A DNA stretch of 34,329 nucleotides from Thermotogota bacterium. GTDB lineage: Bacteria > Thermotogota > Thermotogae > Petrotogales > Kosmotogaceae. Where the stretch lies: contig JAYEJL010000178.1 in assembly GCA_034660555.1 (NCBI GenBank), positions 1-34,329 on the forward strand. The letters are read 5' to 3'. Below the pieces are notes generated by a model. It did not search any database, was not told where the DNA came from, and was given only the letters and a program-made list of their open reading frames with translations. Position 1 is the stretch's first letter, and every line of letters begins with the position of its first letter. Position numbers and translations under genes: made by a program. Positions 19,546 through 30,136 of this stretch are shown in pieces.

Positions 19546-19998
19546 TTACTCTATCTCCAGTTTCTTTGCTTCTCGTTTCGCTTCTTCTTTCTTGGGGAGC
19601 TCGATCTTCAGTATCCCGTTTTCATATTTTGCCTTAGCTTTGTCCTGATCAACATTATCTGGAATTGTGAAAGATCTGCTAAAGTTACCGAATGTTCTTT
19701 CTACTAAATGATAGTTTCTTGATTTGTCTTCTCTTTCGTCTTTCTTTTCACCTTTTACTGTTAGGACGCCATCGGAAAGATCGATATCAAATGCATCTTT
19801 CTCAATGCCTGATATTTCCATTTCAATATTTACAGCATCCTCTGTTTCATAAACGTTTACAGTTGGAATAAAACCATTTCCTATACTTCTTCTGATTCCA
19901 AAGTCTTCAAATGCTTCATCAAACATCCTGTCAATTTCTCTTTGCAAGTCCACAAAAGGTGTAAAGACACTTCCTTCTCTTCTTCTTTCAATAGCCAT
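19546..19998 (-). CDS. Small heat-shock protein (Hsp20/alpha-crystallin)
   Basis: PTVNVYE, VLTVKGEK, ERTFGNFSRSF, AKYENGILKIELPK. Confidence 0.95.
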   Translation of the reverse strand: MAIERRREGSVFTPFVDLQREIDRMFDEAFEDFGIRRSIGNGFIPTVNVYETEDAVNIEMEISGIEKDAFDIDLSDGVLTVKGEKKDEREDKSRNYHLVERTFGNFSRSFTIPDNVDQDKAKAKYENGILKIELPKKEEAKREAKKLEIE

Positions 19999-20036
19999 AT
20001 AGGCTCACCTCCTGTAAATGTTTTTTATTTTATTGA

Positions 20037-21899
20037 TTATTCATTTCCTTTGGGTGGAATGTATTCAGAACCACTTTCAGAATCGCTTGTATCTTCATCT
20101 GATTCGCTAGTTTCTTCTGCATTGGTTTCCTGGGCTGCCTGCTGTTGTTGCTGATCCTGGTAGATTTTCTGACCTATCTTCATGCTTTCTTCCTGTAACT
20201 GGTCAAATAACAGTTTTACTCTTTGCATATTGTTATTGTTTATTGCTTCTCTGAGATCTTTGACCTTTGTTTCAAGATTTGATCGTTCATCATCTGATAA
20301 TTTGTCTCCACTTTCTTTTAGAATTTTCTCAACTCTGTAAGCAAGCTCGTCTGCTTTATTTTTGAGTTCAACTTCCTGTCTGTGTTTCTTATCCTGTTCT
20401 TCGTATTCTTCTGCATCTTTGATAATCTTCTGGATTTCATCATCTGAAAGTTTCTGTCTACCACTGACCACCATTGACTGTTCCTTGTTTGTTCCAAGAT
20501 CTTTTGCATGTACATGCACTATTCCGTCACTGTCTATGTCAAAGGTTACTTCGATCTGTGGAACACCTCTTGGTGCAGGTGGTATTCCTGTTAATTTAAA
20601 ACTACCCAGTGGAATATTGTCGTTTGCCATTGTCCTTTCACCCTGATATACCTTTATCTCAACCTCGGTTTGTCCGTCGTCAGCGGTTGTAAAGACCTTT
20701 GATTTTTTTACCGGGATAGTAGAATTTCTATCAATTATAGGTTCCATTAGACCACCTTTTACTTCTACACCGAGTGTAAGTGGTGTTACATCAACAAGGA
20801 CAAGGTCCTGATCAATATCTCCACCAAGGATACCAGCCTGAGTTGCTGCGCCTATTGCTACTGCTTCGTCGGGGTTAATACCCTTATTTGGGTCTTTACT
20901 AAATATATCCTTGATAAACTTTTGTACGTAAGGAATTCTTGTTGATCCGCCAACCAGAATTATGTCATCAACATCTGATGGAGATATTTCTTTGTCGTTT
21001 AGGACCCTTTCAACCTGTTTTCGTGTTGATTCAATAAGGTCTTTTATCAGTGATTCGAAAGTTGAACGGGTTATTGTCATCTCAAGATGCAATGGTCCAT
21101 CTGATGTCGCTGTTATGAAAGGCAAACTAATTTCTGTTTCAATTTTGGTTGAAAGCTCAATTTTCGCTCTTTCGGCTGCATCCTTCATTCTCTGGAAAGC
21201 CTGTTTGTCTTTTTTCAAATCTATTCCATGCTGTTTTTTGAATTCTCCAGCAATATGATCAATCAATTTCTCGTCAAAGTCATCTCCACCGAGTGTGTTG
21301 TTACCTGCGGTTGCAAGAACTTCTACAACTCCATCACCAATATCAAGCAACGATACGTCAAAAGTACCTCCACCGAGGTCATAAACGATTATTTTCTTAT
21401 CACCTTTTGTTTTATCAAGTCCATAGGCAACTGCCGCTGCAGTGGGTTCGTTTATTATTCTCAACACATCAAGGCCTGCAATTATTCCTGCTTCTTTTGT
21501 AGCCTGTCTTTGTGAATCGTTGAAGTATGCAGGACAGGTTATAACTGCCTTTGATATATTTCCGTCAAGATAATCTTCTGCATCCTTCTTTAGCTTTTTT
21601 AGAATAAATGCACTGATCTCCTGTGGAGTGTATTCTTTGTCATCGATCTTTGCTTTGTAGTCTGAACCCATTTTACGCTTTATTGAACGTACTGTTCTAT
21701 CTGAATTCAGAATAACCTGTCTTTTTGCAGGTTCACCAACCATAATTTCTCCTGTTTTGCTAAATGAAACAATAGATGGTGTAGTACGTGAACCTTCAGC
21801 GTTTGGAATTACCTCTGCATTTCCATCAGGTTTTACCCAGGATATTACTGAGTTTGTAGTTCCCAGGTCAATTCCCACAACATATTCTTTCTTAGCCAC
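20037..21899 (-). CDS. dnaK: Chaperone DnaK (Hsp70), short subdomain-IB type
   Basis: [51 protein letters not shown] start, GGAGGGAG RBS. Confidence 0.97.
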   Translation of the reverse strand: MAKKEYVVGIDLGTTNSVISWVKPDGNAEVIPNAEGSRTTPSIVSFSKTGEIMVGEPAKRQVILNSDRTVRSIKRKMGSDYKAKIDDKEYTPQEISAFILKKLKKDAEDYLDGNISKAVITCPAYFNDSQRQATKEAGIIAGLDVLRIINEPTAAAVAYGLDKTKGDKKIIVYDLGGGTFDVSLLDIGDGVVEVLATAGNNTLGGDDFDEKLIDHIAGEFKKQHGIDLKKDKQAFQRMKDAAERAKIELSTKIETEISLPFITATSDGPLHLEMTITRSTFESLIKDLIESTRKQVERVLNDKEISPSDVDDIILVGGSTRIPYVQKFIKDIFSKDPNKGINPDEAVAIGAATQAGILGGDIDQDLVLVDVTPLTLGVEVKGGLMEPIIDRNSTIPVKKSKVFTTADDGQTEVEIKVYQGERTMANDNIPLGSFKLTGIPPAPRGVPQIEVTFDIDSDGIVHVHAKDLGTNKEQSMVVSGRQKLSDDEIQKIIKDAEEYEEQDKKHRQEVELKNKADELAYRVEKILKESGDKLSDDERSNLETKVKDLREAINNNNMQRVKLLFDQLQEESMKIGQKIYQDQQQQQAAQETNAEETSESDEDTSDSESGSEYIPPKGNE

Positions 21900-21976
21900 G
21901 AAAACTCCCTCCTTAATTCCAATTCTTTGTATTATAAGACAATTATTATTTCATTATCTTCAAAATCTCTATTCTT

Positions 21977-22005
21977 ATTATAAAAATCTAATCAGTGGTT
22001 GTCAA
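21977..22005 (-). promoter_or_regulatory. Perfect-consensus sigma70/sigmaA promoter of the dnaK operon
   Basis: TTGACA (22005-22000), 17-nt spacer, TATAAT (21982-21977). Confidence 0.85.
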
Positions 22006-22179
22006 TACTAAGTAAATTTATATTGTTTAGGTTATAACGCCTATTATATAATAATTATAAATATCATAATTTTATTGTAAAAATATTGTATAGCGTTCGT
22101 AGCCATAGACTGATAATAATATCATCATGATTTTCGTTTATAATATAAATGGTATCTTTTAGATAGGGGGTGAAGTTGT

Positions 22180-22860
22180 ATGGTAAAGTTCATTGATAAC
22201 CTGTTGCCCAGAGAAGGTCCTCTTTATTACTTAAATCAGCATGCTAACAAAGTATCCGAGGCAATAAAATACTTAAACAAAGCAGTATCCGACTATTTTG
22301 AAGATAAGCCTTTAAAAGAATATCAGGTTGTCATTGAGAAACTTGAACGTGAAGCTGACATAATAAAGGCAAAGCTTGGTTCCAGTTATACCAAACTTAA
22401 ATTTGTTTACTTTGAGCGTCAGGATCTTATGGCATTACTCCATAAACAGGATTCAGTAATTGATGGTATCGATGACGTTATGAAAATACTTAATATGAAT
22501 AAAGTGGAAAGCATAAAAGGAACCGAAATTGAATCAATGTTGAAAGGATTAGCAGATTCTGTAACTGAATCCGTTGAAGTGATGATAAAAACAGTAAAAT
22601 TGCTTTTAACACTTGTGGAGAGTTCATTCTCCCCATATGAAGTAAAAAAAGAAACTGATGAAATAGAGGCCATAGAGAACTTTGAATTTGCAACGGACAA
22701 TGAATCAATAGCACTAGGGAAAAAATTGTACAGCATGAAAGAAACACTGCACCCTGTGGATATATACTTTTTGGAAAAACTAACCATGACCATCTCGGAT
22801 ATTTCAGATGATGCCGAAAATGTAGCTGAAGCAATACTACTTTTACTTAAAACAGACTAG
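22180..22860 (+). CDS. DUF47/PhoU-like Pit accessory protein
   Basis: LEREAD, FERQDL..L..QD.VID, ISDDAENVA; directly upstream of the Pit transporter. Confidence 0.85.
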   Translation: MVKFIDNLLPREGPLYYLNQHANKVSEAIKYLNKAVSDYFEDKPLKEYQVVIEKLEREADIIKAKLGSSYTKLKFVYFERQDLMALLHKQDSVIDGIDDVMKILNMNKVESIKGTEIESMLKGLADSVTESVEVMIKTVKLLLTLVESSFSPYEVKKETDEIEAIENFEFATDNESIALGKKLYSMKETLHPVDIYFLEKLTMTISDISDDAENVAEAILLLLKTD

Positions 22861-22871
22861 GGGGGCTGTTT

Positions 22872-24068
22872 GTGGTTTTACTGTTTTCATTATCGCTTGG
22901 CTTTGCACTGGCTATGGTTATTGGAGGTAATGATGTTGCCAATTCTATGGCCACTGCTATTGGAGCAAAAGCAATCACAGTGAAACAGGCTGTAATCATC
23001 GCTGCAATTTTAGAGTTTACAGGTGCTTTTTTCTTTGGATCACACGTAACATCTACGATAACAAAGGGAATTTTGAATACAAGTTTTTTATCTGGAAATG
23101 AAATGGTAAACGGCGCTATTTCAGCACTCATTGGAGCTTTTATCTGGCTGGGCATTGCCACGATATTTGGTTTACCCGTTTCAACAACGCACTCAATAAT
23201 CGGCGGAATGGTAGGCTTTGGAATTGTTGCGGGTGGATTTGAAGCTGTAGATTGGATAAAAATGATTTTAATTGTTTCGAGCTGGTTGATTTCACCTTTT
23301 TTGGGAGGTTTGCTGGCGTTCCTGGTTTTTAAACTGATTGCAGCTCTAATACTAAAAAAAGATGCTCCTATAAATGCAGCAAAAAAATATGCGCCATTCT
23401 TCATTTCATTTACTTTCTTTATCATAATATTTCTTTTTGCCCTGAAAACACTGAACATTGAATTTATTTTTTCATTAATAATTGCAGCATCAACTTTCGT
23501 AATAACGCTTTTTAGTTCAAAATTACTTATAGGTAGATACATAGTAAAAAAAGAAAACGAGGACCGGTATGATGTAGTTGAAAGAATTTTCAGGAGAATG
23601 CAGGTTATAACATCATGCTATGTTTCCCTTTCGCATGGTGCCAATGATGTTGCTAACGCTGTTGGTCCCCTTGCAGTTGTTTATATAGCACTTACAGCAG
23701 GGTCTGTGAGTACAACAGTAGAAATCCCAGGGTGGATACTCGCAGTTGGAGGATTTGGGATTGCACTTGGTGTAGGTTTATGGGGAAAACGTGTCATGCA
23801 TACTGTTGGTAACAGGATTACAACACTGAATAACACCAGAGGTTTCAGTATAGATTTTTCCGCAGCTACTTCGGTACTACTTGCTTCAGTTTTTGGAATG
23901 CCTGTCTCTACAACTCACACGGTTGTGGGCGCAGTAACTGGCGTGGGAATGGCAAGAGGCTTTGAAGGTGTCAATGCAGGTGTTCTGAAACATATTATGT
24001 GGGCATGGCTGGTAACTGTTCCAACAGCTGGTTTGATTTCAATGCTTATGTTTATAGTAATTTCTTAA
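22872..24068 (+). CDS. PiT-family inorganic phosphate transporter
   Basis: GGNDVANSMAT, GLPVSTTHSIIG, HGANDVANAVGP, GMPVSTTHTVVG. Confidence 0.95.
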   Translation: MVLLFSLSLGFALAMVIGGNDVANSMATAIGAKAITVKQAVIIAAILEFTGAFFFGSHVTSTITKGILNTSFLSGNEMVNGAISALIGAFIWLGIATIFGLPVSTTHSIIGGMVGFGIVAGGFEAVDWIKMILIVSSWLISPFLGGLLAFLVFKLIAALILKKDAPINAAKKYAPFFISFTFFIIIFLFALKTLNIEFIFSLIIAASTFVITLFSSKLLIGRYIVKKENEDRYDVVERIFRRMQVITSCYVSLSHGANDVANAVGPLAVVYIALTAGSVSTTVEIPGWILAVGGFGIALGVGLWGKRVMHTVGNRITTLNNTRGFSIDFSAATSVLLASVFGMPVSTTHTVVGAVTGVGMARGFEGVNAGVLKHIMWAWLVTVPTAGLISMLMFIVIS

Positions 24069-24120
24069 CCTACATGAATTTGGATTAATCTAAGAATTAA
24101 TTAGATAGAATTCCATTAAA

Positions 24121-25179
24121 TTAAATGATAGGAAAAAGAGCGAAGTATTTTTTTGCATTATCGTGAATAACCATCTGTTTGTTAAAGGTAGTTATATTTA
24201 TACTCTCCCCGCCCATTCTACTTATAGCCGACCTAAGTCTGTGAGGTTCAACTTTAGCAATGATCTGTTCTTTGTAAGGTGTATTATCGATTTTAATCTC
24301 ATATTTTGTATTACCCGCTTTAGATAAAAATTGGGTTCCTTTTTCATTCTGTATTAACAATACGCTAAACCCTCTACCTACTACCCGGCACATTTTTCTC
24401 AGGGCGTACTGGAAGTGTTTTTTGCTGAAGGTCGAAGATCTTTCAACAGCTTCAGGTAGATTTAGGATATGCCTGTTTACCTGCGCTTCGGTGTCTCTAC
24501 ATATTGAAAATAGCAACTTACCTATTTTTAAACCCAGATCCCGTATACCTTCCCCCACTATTACTCTTTCAGCTTTTATGTGTTCAAGTGTTTTCACCAG
24601 ATGTCTTGCTGTTACGTAAGGGAATGCAACGGCAAATTCTCTATCCATATCAGTACTGAGAAACGAAATGGTTGTCAGGTTTGATGATTGAGCGATTACT
24701 GCTGTCTTATTCGAAGTGCTTACTAGGCCAAGTGTATCTCCTTCGTCTCCTGGAGATGAAGCGAAGTTTATTGCTTTCTTAAAAACAGTCAGCTTTTGGT
24801 CGAACAATCCTTCAAATTTCCTTTCCATTTTGGGTCTTTCAGGACTGAAGGCATTTTTTAGTTCAAGGGTTTCTTCCGGTGTAGTTATGAGAAGATCTTT
24901 ACCCTTAGTTTTTATCCATATATCAACATTATCATTTCTCTGTTCTTTCAATACTTTGGCCCTATCAATGGGGAAAGCATAGGAACCATCAAAGGTTTTT
25001 ATTTTTTTGTTTAGAGGTATCTCCAGTTTTCCACAACCATCTGTTACGAAAATTTTCAAGCCTTTCCAATAGTAGAAATGAATGTAACGATATCCTGGTT
25101 CTACAGAACCAGCAAACTTTTCACAGATCTCTAGTAATTTAGCATGCTCTTTTACACTTAGTTTGAAGTCCATCTCCAT
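24121..25179 (-). CDS. Hypothetical protein; putative divergent DNA polymerase III beta-clamp (DnaN-fold) paralogue
   Basis: 352 aa, 6 bp downstream of polC, start 25179 or 25173. By-eye end-to-end colinearity with DnaN (see findings). Confidence 0.65.
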   Translation of the reverse strand: MEMDFKLSVKEHAKLLEICEKFAGSVEPGYRYIHFYYWKGLKIFVTDGCGKLEIPLNKKIKTFDGSYAFPIDRAKVLKEQRNDNVDIWIKTKGKDLLITTPEETLELKNAFSPERPKMERKFEGLFDQKLTVFKKAINFASSPGDEGDTLGLVSTSNKTAVIAQSSNLTTISFLSTDMDREFAVAFPYVTARHLVKTLEHIKAERVIVGEGIRDLGLKIGKLLFSICRDTEAQVNRHILNLPEAVERSSTFSKKHFQYALRKMCRVVGRGFSVLLIQNEKGTQFLSKAGNTKYEIKIDNTPYKEQIIAKVEPHRLRSAISRMGGESINITTFNKQMVIHDNAKKYFALFPII

Positions 25180-25185
25180 ACCTGC

Positions 25186-28100
25186 TTAGAAGAGAGTAAT
25201 TTGTTCTTTTTCCGGAAGATCTTTTAATGTTCCGTACTTTCGTAAAACCTCTACAGTGGTTTTGTTGACAGCTGTCCTACTGACAAGATTTTCTATAGAT
25301 GTGAAGGGTTTCTTCCTTCTTTCTTTTGCAACCGATAATGCAGCTTTAATACCGAAATTCTTTATTCTGCAGAAAGGTATTCTCAGTTTGTCCCCTTCTA
25401 TGAGGAATTTGACAGGGTCGGACTTTTCCAGATCAACAGGCAAGAAATCAAATCCTCTTAACTTCATTTCAAGCACGGCCTTGAGCAGCGTTTCTCTATT
25501 CTTGTCTTTAACATTTTTGTCCTGCATGATGGCAAGATTGGTAAGTTCTTTCTTAATTTCATCCGGTTCACAAAGGGCGTAATCAACGTCGAAATCTGCC
25601 CCCTTTATTGTGAAATATGTAGCGTAAAAGGCCATTGGATGGTGAACCTTAAAATAAGCCACTCTGAAGGCCATGCTAACATAGGCGGCAGCGTGAGCCT
25701 TTGGGAAAAGGTACTTTATTCTTTGACATGATTCAACAAACCACTCGGGAATATTGTTTTTTTTCATTATGTCAATATCTTCCTCAGTTAAACCTTTTCC
25801 TTTTCTGACTTTTTCCATAATCTTGAATGCCTTAAGTGGTTTGATACCCTTTGAAATGAGATAATTCATAATATCGTCTCTACATGCTATGACTTCTGAT
25901 AAACTTACTTTTTTTGAACTAATCCAGTTTCTTGCATTGTTAAGCCAGACATCTGTTCCATGAGACAATCCTGATATTCTTACTAGATCGGCGAAGGTAC
26001 CGGGTCTTGTTTCCTGAAGCATGCTTTGAACAAATTGAGTGCCAAATTCAGGGATGCCAATGGTACCAACATCAATCCCAAGTTCTCTCTTATTAAGGCC
26101 AAGGGATTCTGGTGATGAGAAAATTGAAAGTGTTTTTGGATCGTTCATAGGTATTTCCATGGGATCTATGCCGGAAATGTCTTTTAACATCCTTATGAAT
26201 GTTGGATCGTCATGTCCTAAAGCGTCTATTTTAACCAGGTCGTCGTGAATAACTTCATAAGCAAAATGGGTAGTTTTAATCGATGCTCTCGTATCGTTTG
26301 CTGGATACTGGACAGGGGTAAAATCATGTACATCTTTATCTTTGGGGACAATCATCAAACCTCCGGGATGTTGTCCGGTAGTCCTTCTTACACCCAACAA
26401 AGAGAGTACAACCCTGTCTATTTCCGCTCTTCTTAATCGGCGGTTTGTTTTTTCCATATAAGCTCTTGAAAAGCCATAGGCAGTTCTGGCTGCCAGCGTG
26501 CTGATAGTTCCAGCTCTGAACACATGGTCCTTTCCAAAGAGGTTTTCAAGAAATTCGTGCGCTTTCTCCTGGTATTCTCCTGAAAAGTTCAAATCAATAT
26601 CGGGAACTTTATCTCCCTCAAAACCCAAAAAGATTTCAAAAGGTATATTTTGTCCATCTTTTTTCAATTTGTCTCCACACTTTGGGCATTCTTTATCGGG
26701 TAAATCATAACCTGAATCGTAGTCTTTTGGTGTTTCGAAGTAGTGGCAAGAAGGACATGCATAATGAGGAATCAACGGATTAACTTCAGTAATTCCCATT
26801 AGATTAGCTACCAAAGAGCTTCCCACAGAACCCCTTGAACCCACAACATATCCATCTTCATTTGATTTCTTTACCATTTTATGGGCAATTAGATAAAGGA
26901 CGGAATAACCGTGATTGATAATTGCTTCTAATTCCCTTTCGATTCTTTCTTTTATCATTGTTGGCAGAGGATCCCCATATATTCCAAATGCGTTTTCGTA
27001 GGTAATATTTTTAACCTGTTTATCTGCACCTTCGATAATCGGGGGATGTAGTATTCCTTCGATGGGGGTAATTTTTTCTATTCTTTCTGCGATTTTTCTT
27101 GTATTGTCAACAACTATTTCTTTGATTATATCTTCATTTTCAAATATTTTTCTTGCTGCTTCGTACATTTCTTTTGTGGTTCTCAAATATACTGCTGGTT
27201 GTTTGTCAAAGGAAGGATAATCCTGAGCAGCCTGAACCACAGATCTGAAAAATTCATCATGGGGTTCCAAAAAGTGAACATCTCCTGTCATCACAACAGG
27301 AATATTCAGTTCTTTCCCAATTTTATAGAGTGTACGATACATCCTTTTTAGATTTTCTTCACTGGTTCTTGCATCGTTGTTACCCTTTGCTGTTACATCC
27401 AAAGGCATGATCTCAATGTAATCGAAAAACTTGGCGATTTCCTTAAGTTCTGCTTCATTGGCACCGTCTATATACGCTTTTGCCAGCTCCCCTGAGACAC
27501 ATGCGGAACCGATCAATAAATTATCGCGATACTGATTCAACACACTTTTCGGTATGCGGGGTTTTCCATGAAAGTATTCTGTATGGGATAATGTTACAAG
27601 CCTGTAGAGGTTCTTCAGACCATCTTTGTTCTTAGCAAGGATAGAAACATGGTTGGGTCTGACACTTCTGATGTTCATATTTTCTCTCAGTTTATCCAAT
27701 TCCCGGATTTCCATTATTCCCCGTTTCTTTGCCATTGACATTAGTTTTTTGAAAACCTCCGCAGTTACCCTTGCATCTTCTTGAGCTCTATGGTGATTGA
27801 ACTGCCCTACTTTCAATCTTTTTACGACATTATCAAGGGAATAACTCTTTGATTTTAATAATGTTTTTGAAAGGGATAGGGTATCAATATATGGAGGGTT
27901 CCATTCTCTTGAATATATATCCTTTACCGCATTTCTTACGAATCTGTAGTCAAAAGAGGCGTTATGGGCGACAAGTACCGAGCCCTCACAAAAATCAAGA
28001 AACTGTTGAAGTACTTCATGAATTGAAGGTGACTCTTTTAGATCCTTTTCTGTGATTCCTGTTATCTTTTGTACGATTTCATTAATTGGTTGTTTAGGTT

Positions 28101-29433
28101 TTACCAGTGTATTGAATTTGTCAATGATCTTTTTTTCTTTCATTTTCACTGCACCTATTTCAATGATCTCATCACTTGTAGGATCTAGCCCTGTTGTCTC
28201 AAGGTCAAAAACGACATAGGTAGTATCTTCAAGTTTTCTATTTTTATCATCGAGATATCGTATTATCGGTTCTGAATCATTTACCATATAGCCTTCCATG
28301 CCGTATATAGGTTTAATATTTGCCTTTGTAGCTTCACGAAAGAACTCTGGTATTGCCTGGACAACGCCATGATCTGTAAGTGCTACTGAATCATGCCCCC
28401 AGCGTTTAAGCGTTTCAATTAATTCCTTGACATTGAGTACAGAATCAAGCGCACTCATTTTTGTGTGAAGGTGTAGTTCAACCCTTTTAGGTGATTCGTT
28501 GTCCATACGCTTTGGTAATTCTATTTCGTTTATATCCCTTGGTAATATCGTTTCTTCGTTTGTTCTGTTGTCAAGATTCAATTTACCTTTTACCAGAAGC
28601 TCATCGCCTTCTCTGAGCTTTTCATAGAGCTTTTCTGCGTTTTTCCCAATGACTTTACAGGTTATTGAGTCTGTAAAATCAGTTATGTTGAAGGTTAGTA
28701 CGGTGCCACGGCCTTTCCAGAGATCAATTTTGAATAGTTTTCCCTGGACAGTGGCATCCTTCATTTCGCCATATACATCATTTATTCTTATTGGTGCAGT
28801 TTTTATTTTATTTCCGAAAATCACGCTTTTTCTTTTGTTTGTATTATTTGATTGAGTGTCTGCGGTTTGTTTTTCGTAATTTTCCTCTTTTACGGGAATT
28901 TCTTTTTCTGGTTCTTCGCCATCATTATCATCGATCACGATACTGAAAGGAACGGGTTTTCCATAACTTTTTCGTATAGCTTCTCCAAGTTCCTTCTTTT
29001 TGGCATTTATGCGCTGCCTTGTAAAACCGTTTTTAACCGTTATTGTTAAATGATTTCCATCATAATGGATTTTTGATTTATCGAGATATGTTGCAAGTCC
29101 ATTGGTGCACTTTAATAACCGCTGTGAATCACTTGAAAAAGATTGGTTTTCTGTACTGTTTTTATTTTCTTCTTTGCCACCATTTGATTTGCTCATGATG
29201 GTTATTTTCGAATCAATTTGTTGCTCAATGAGCCTTAAACACTGGTTATCCAGCACTTTATTTTGAGCTGCTGTAAGCTCTTGCTCAAAAACCATTGTTA
29301 ATTCCTTTTTCACCGGGTCAATGATTAGATCTGAAAGATTACATTCTTCCAGACACCTGTCAGGATAAAATCCAAGCATTTTCTTGACAATCTTTGTAAC
29401 GGATATGTTCATGTTCTTAAGTCTATATCTCAT
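25186..29433 (-). CDS. polC: DNA polymerase III PolC-type alpha subunit
   Basis: RVELHLHT, TDHG PHP motifs, inserted DEDDh exonuclease (FDLETTG, HRAQEDA), GSRGSVG, Zn finger, KVPDIDLNF, YLFPKAHA; C-terminal QITLF. Confidence 0.97.
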   Translation of the reverse strand: MRYRLKNMNISVTKIVKKMLGFYPDRCLEECNLSDLIIDPVKKELTMVFEQELTAAQNKVLDNQCLRLIEQQIDSKITIMSKSNGGKEENKNSTENQSFSSDSQRLLKCTNGLATYLDKSKIHYDGNHLTITVKNGFTRQRINAKKKELGEAIRKSYGKPVPFSIVIDDNDGEEPEKEIPVKEENYEKQTADTQSNNTNKRKSVIFGNKIKTAPIRINDVYGEMKDATVQGKLFKIDLWKGRGTVLTFNITDFTDSITCKVIGKNAEKLYEKLREGDELLVKGKLNLDNRTNEETILPRDINEIELPKRMDNESPKRVELHLHTKMSALDSVLNVKELIETLKRWGHDSVALTDHGVVQAIPEFFREATKANIKPIYGMEGYMVNDSEPIIRYLDDKNRKLEDTTYVVFDLETTGLDPTSDEIIEIGAVKMKEKKIIDKFNTLVKPKQPINEIVQKITGITEKDLKESPSIHEVLQQFLDFCEGSVLVAHNASFDYRFVRNAVKDIYSREWNPPYIDTLSLSKTLLKSKSYSLDNVVKRLKVGQFNHHRAQEDARVTAEVFKKLMSMAKKRGIMEIRELDKLRENMNIRSVRPNHVSILAKNKDGLKNLYRLVTLSHTEYFHGKPRIPKSVLNQYRDNLLIGSACVSGELAKAYIDGANEAELKEIAKFFDYIEIMPLDVTAKGNNDARTSEENLKRMYRTLYKIGKELNIPVVMTGDVHFLEPHDEFFRSVVQAAQDYPSFDKQPAVYLRTTKEMYEAARKIFENEDIIKEIVVDNTRKIAERIEKITPIEGILHPPIIEGADKQVKNITYENAFGIYGDPLPTMIKERIERELEAIINHGYSVLYLIAHKMVKKSNEDGYVVGSRGSVGSSLVANLMGITEVNPLIPHYACPSCHYFETPKDYDSGYDLPDKECPKCGDKLKKDGQNIPFEIFLGFEGDKVPDIDLNFSGEYQEKAHEFLENLFGKDHVFRAGTISTLAARTAYGFSRAYMEKTNRRLRRAEIDRVVLSLLGVRRTTGQHPGGLMIVPKDKDVHDFTPVQYPANDTRASIKTTHFAYEVIHDDLVKIDALGHDDPTFIRMLKDISGIDPMEIPMNDPKTLSIFSSPESLGLNKRELGIDVGTIGIPEFGTQFVQSMLQETRPGTFADLVRISGLSHGTDVWLNNARNWISSKKVSLSEVIACRDDIMNYLISKGIKPLKAFKIMEKVRKGKGLTEEDIDIMKKNNIPEWFVESCQRIKYLFPKAHAAAYVSMAFRVAYFKVHHPMAFYATYFTIKGADFDVDYALCEPDEIKKELTNLAIMQDKNVKDKNRETLLKAVLEMKLRGFDFLPVDLEKSDPVKFLIEGDKLRIPFCRIKNFGIKAALSVAKERRKKPFTSIENLVSRTAVNKTTVEVLRKYGTLKDLPEKEQITLF

Positions 29434-29939
29434 AGTTGTCTAGCACCTCCAGGGTAAGAACGAAAGGAAAAATGACACCACGCAACAGCCAGTGCATCAG
29501 CAGCGTCATTTGGTTTGGGTGTTTTCTTTAAATGCAAGAATGTTTTCATTACTCTCTGTATCTGTCCCTTTTCAGCTTTTCCGTAACCCGTAACTGCCTG
29601 CTTTACTTGGTGGGGTGTATATTCGTATATGGGAATTTCCGATTGTCTTAAAACGAGTAATACAACACCTCTTGCTTCACCTACCTGAATAGCGGTTGTT
29701 ACATTTCTGAAGAAAAAGAGTTCTTCAACTGCAGCTTCATCGGGTTTGTATTGATTTATCAATGCTTCTAGTTCATCATAGATTTGTATTAGCCTTTCGG
29801 GTATAGGATCTCCGGGTTTTGTTTGAACCACGCCGTATGTAACTGGTGAAATCTTAGCCCCATTTACATCGATTAACCCGTAACCAAGTATTCCAAAGCC
29901 AGGATCTATACCAAGTATTCGTGTGCATTTTTTTGACAA
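29430..29939 (-). CDS. ruvC: Holliday junction resolvase RuvC
   Basis: ILGIDPG, AVEELFF, YTPHQVKQAVTGYGKAEK, DAADALAVA. Probable TTG start at 29939 after GGGGG; 4-bp overlap with polC. Confidence 0.95.
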   Translation of the reverse strand: MSKKCTRILGIDPGFGILGYGLIDVNGAKISPVTYGVVQTKPGDPIPERLIQIYDELEALINQYKPDEAAVEELFFFRNVTTAIQVGEARGVVLLVLRQSEIPIYEYTPHQVKQAVTGYGKAEKGQIQRVMKTFLHLKKTPKPNDAADALAVAWCHFSFRSYPGGARQL

Positions 29940-30136
29940 GCTAATTACCCCCGTTAGTATTTTAATACCTATAAATTGAAGTATTTTTAAGACGATTACT
30001 ATGTGAAGCGTCAACCAGTTTGGCAATTAAAAATGAGCTCATAATGGATCTTTTAGAGTTTGTAAGCAAACGTGTTCATTTAAAAAAGATTACATTTTGA
30101 GCCCGTTGTTAATCTTTATGCACAATTTCTTTCTGG

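Noticed and set aside
20050..20160. Poly-Q and acidic low-complexity stretch at the DnaK C-terminus
   Set aside because: Disordered tails are ordinary for DnaK; not a repeat element
21986..22012. CIRCE-like half site TTAGTATTG overlapping the dnaK -35 box
   Set aside because: The left arm matches 6/9, but the position of the right arm (GATTAGATT) matches only 3/9 and is not an inverted repeat
24088..24106. ATCTAA-N7-TTAGAT inverted repeat between the converging pit and clamp-like genes
   Set aside because: Short and AT-rich with no U-tract; too weak to call a terminator
25186..29433. Possible intein or insertion in PolC
   Set aside because: 1415 aa is a normal PolC length, the motifs are in normal order, and no splicing motifs were seen
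29490..29520. RuvC PKPNDAAD instead of the common PKPDDAAD as possible inactivation
   Set aside because: The two catalytic aspartates of DAAD, plus the GID and VEE residues, are retained
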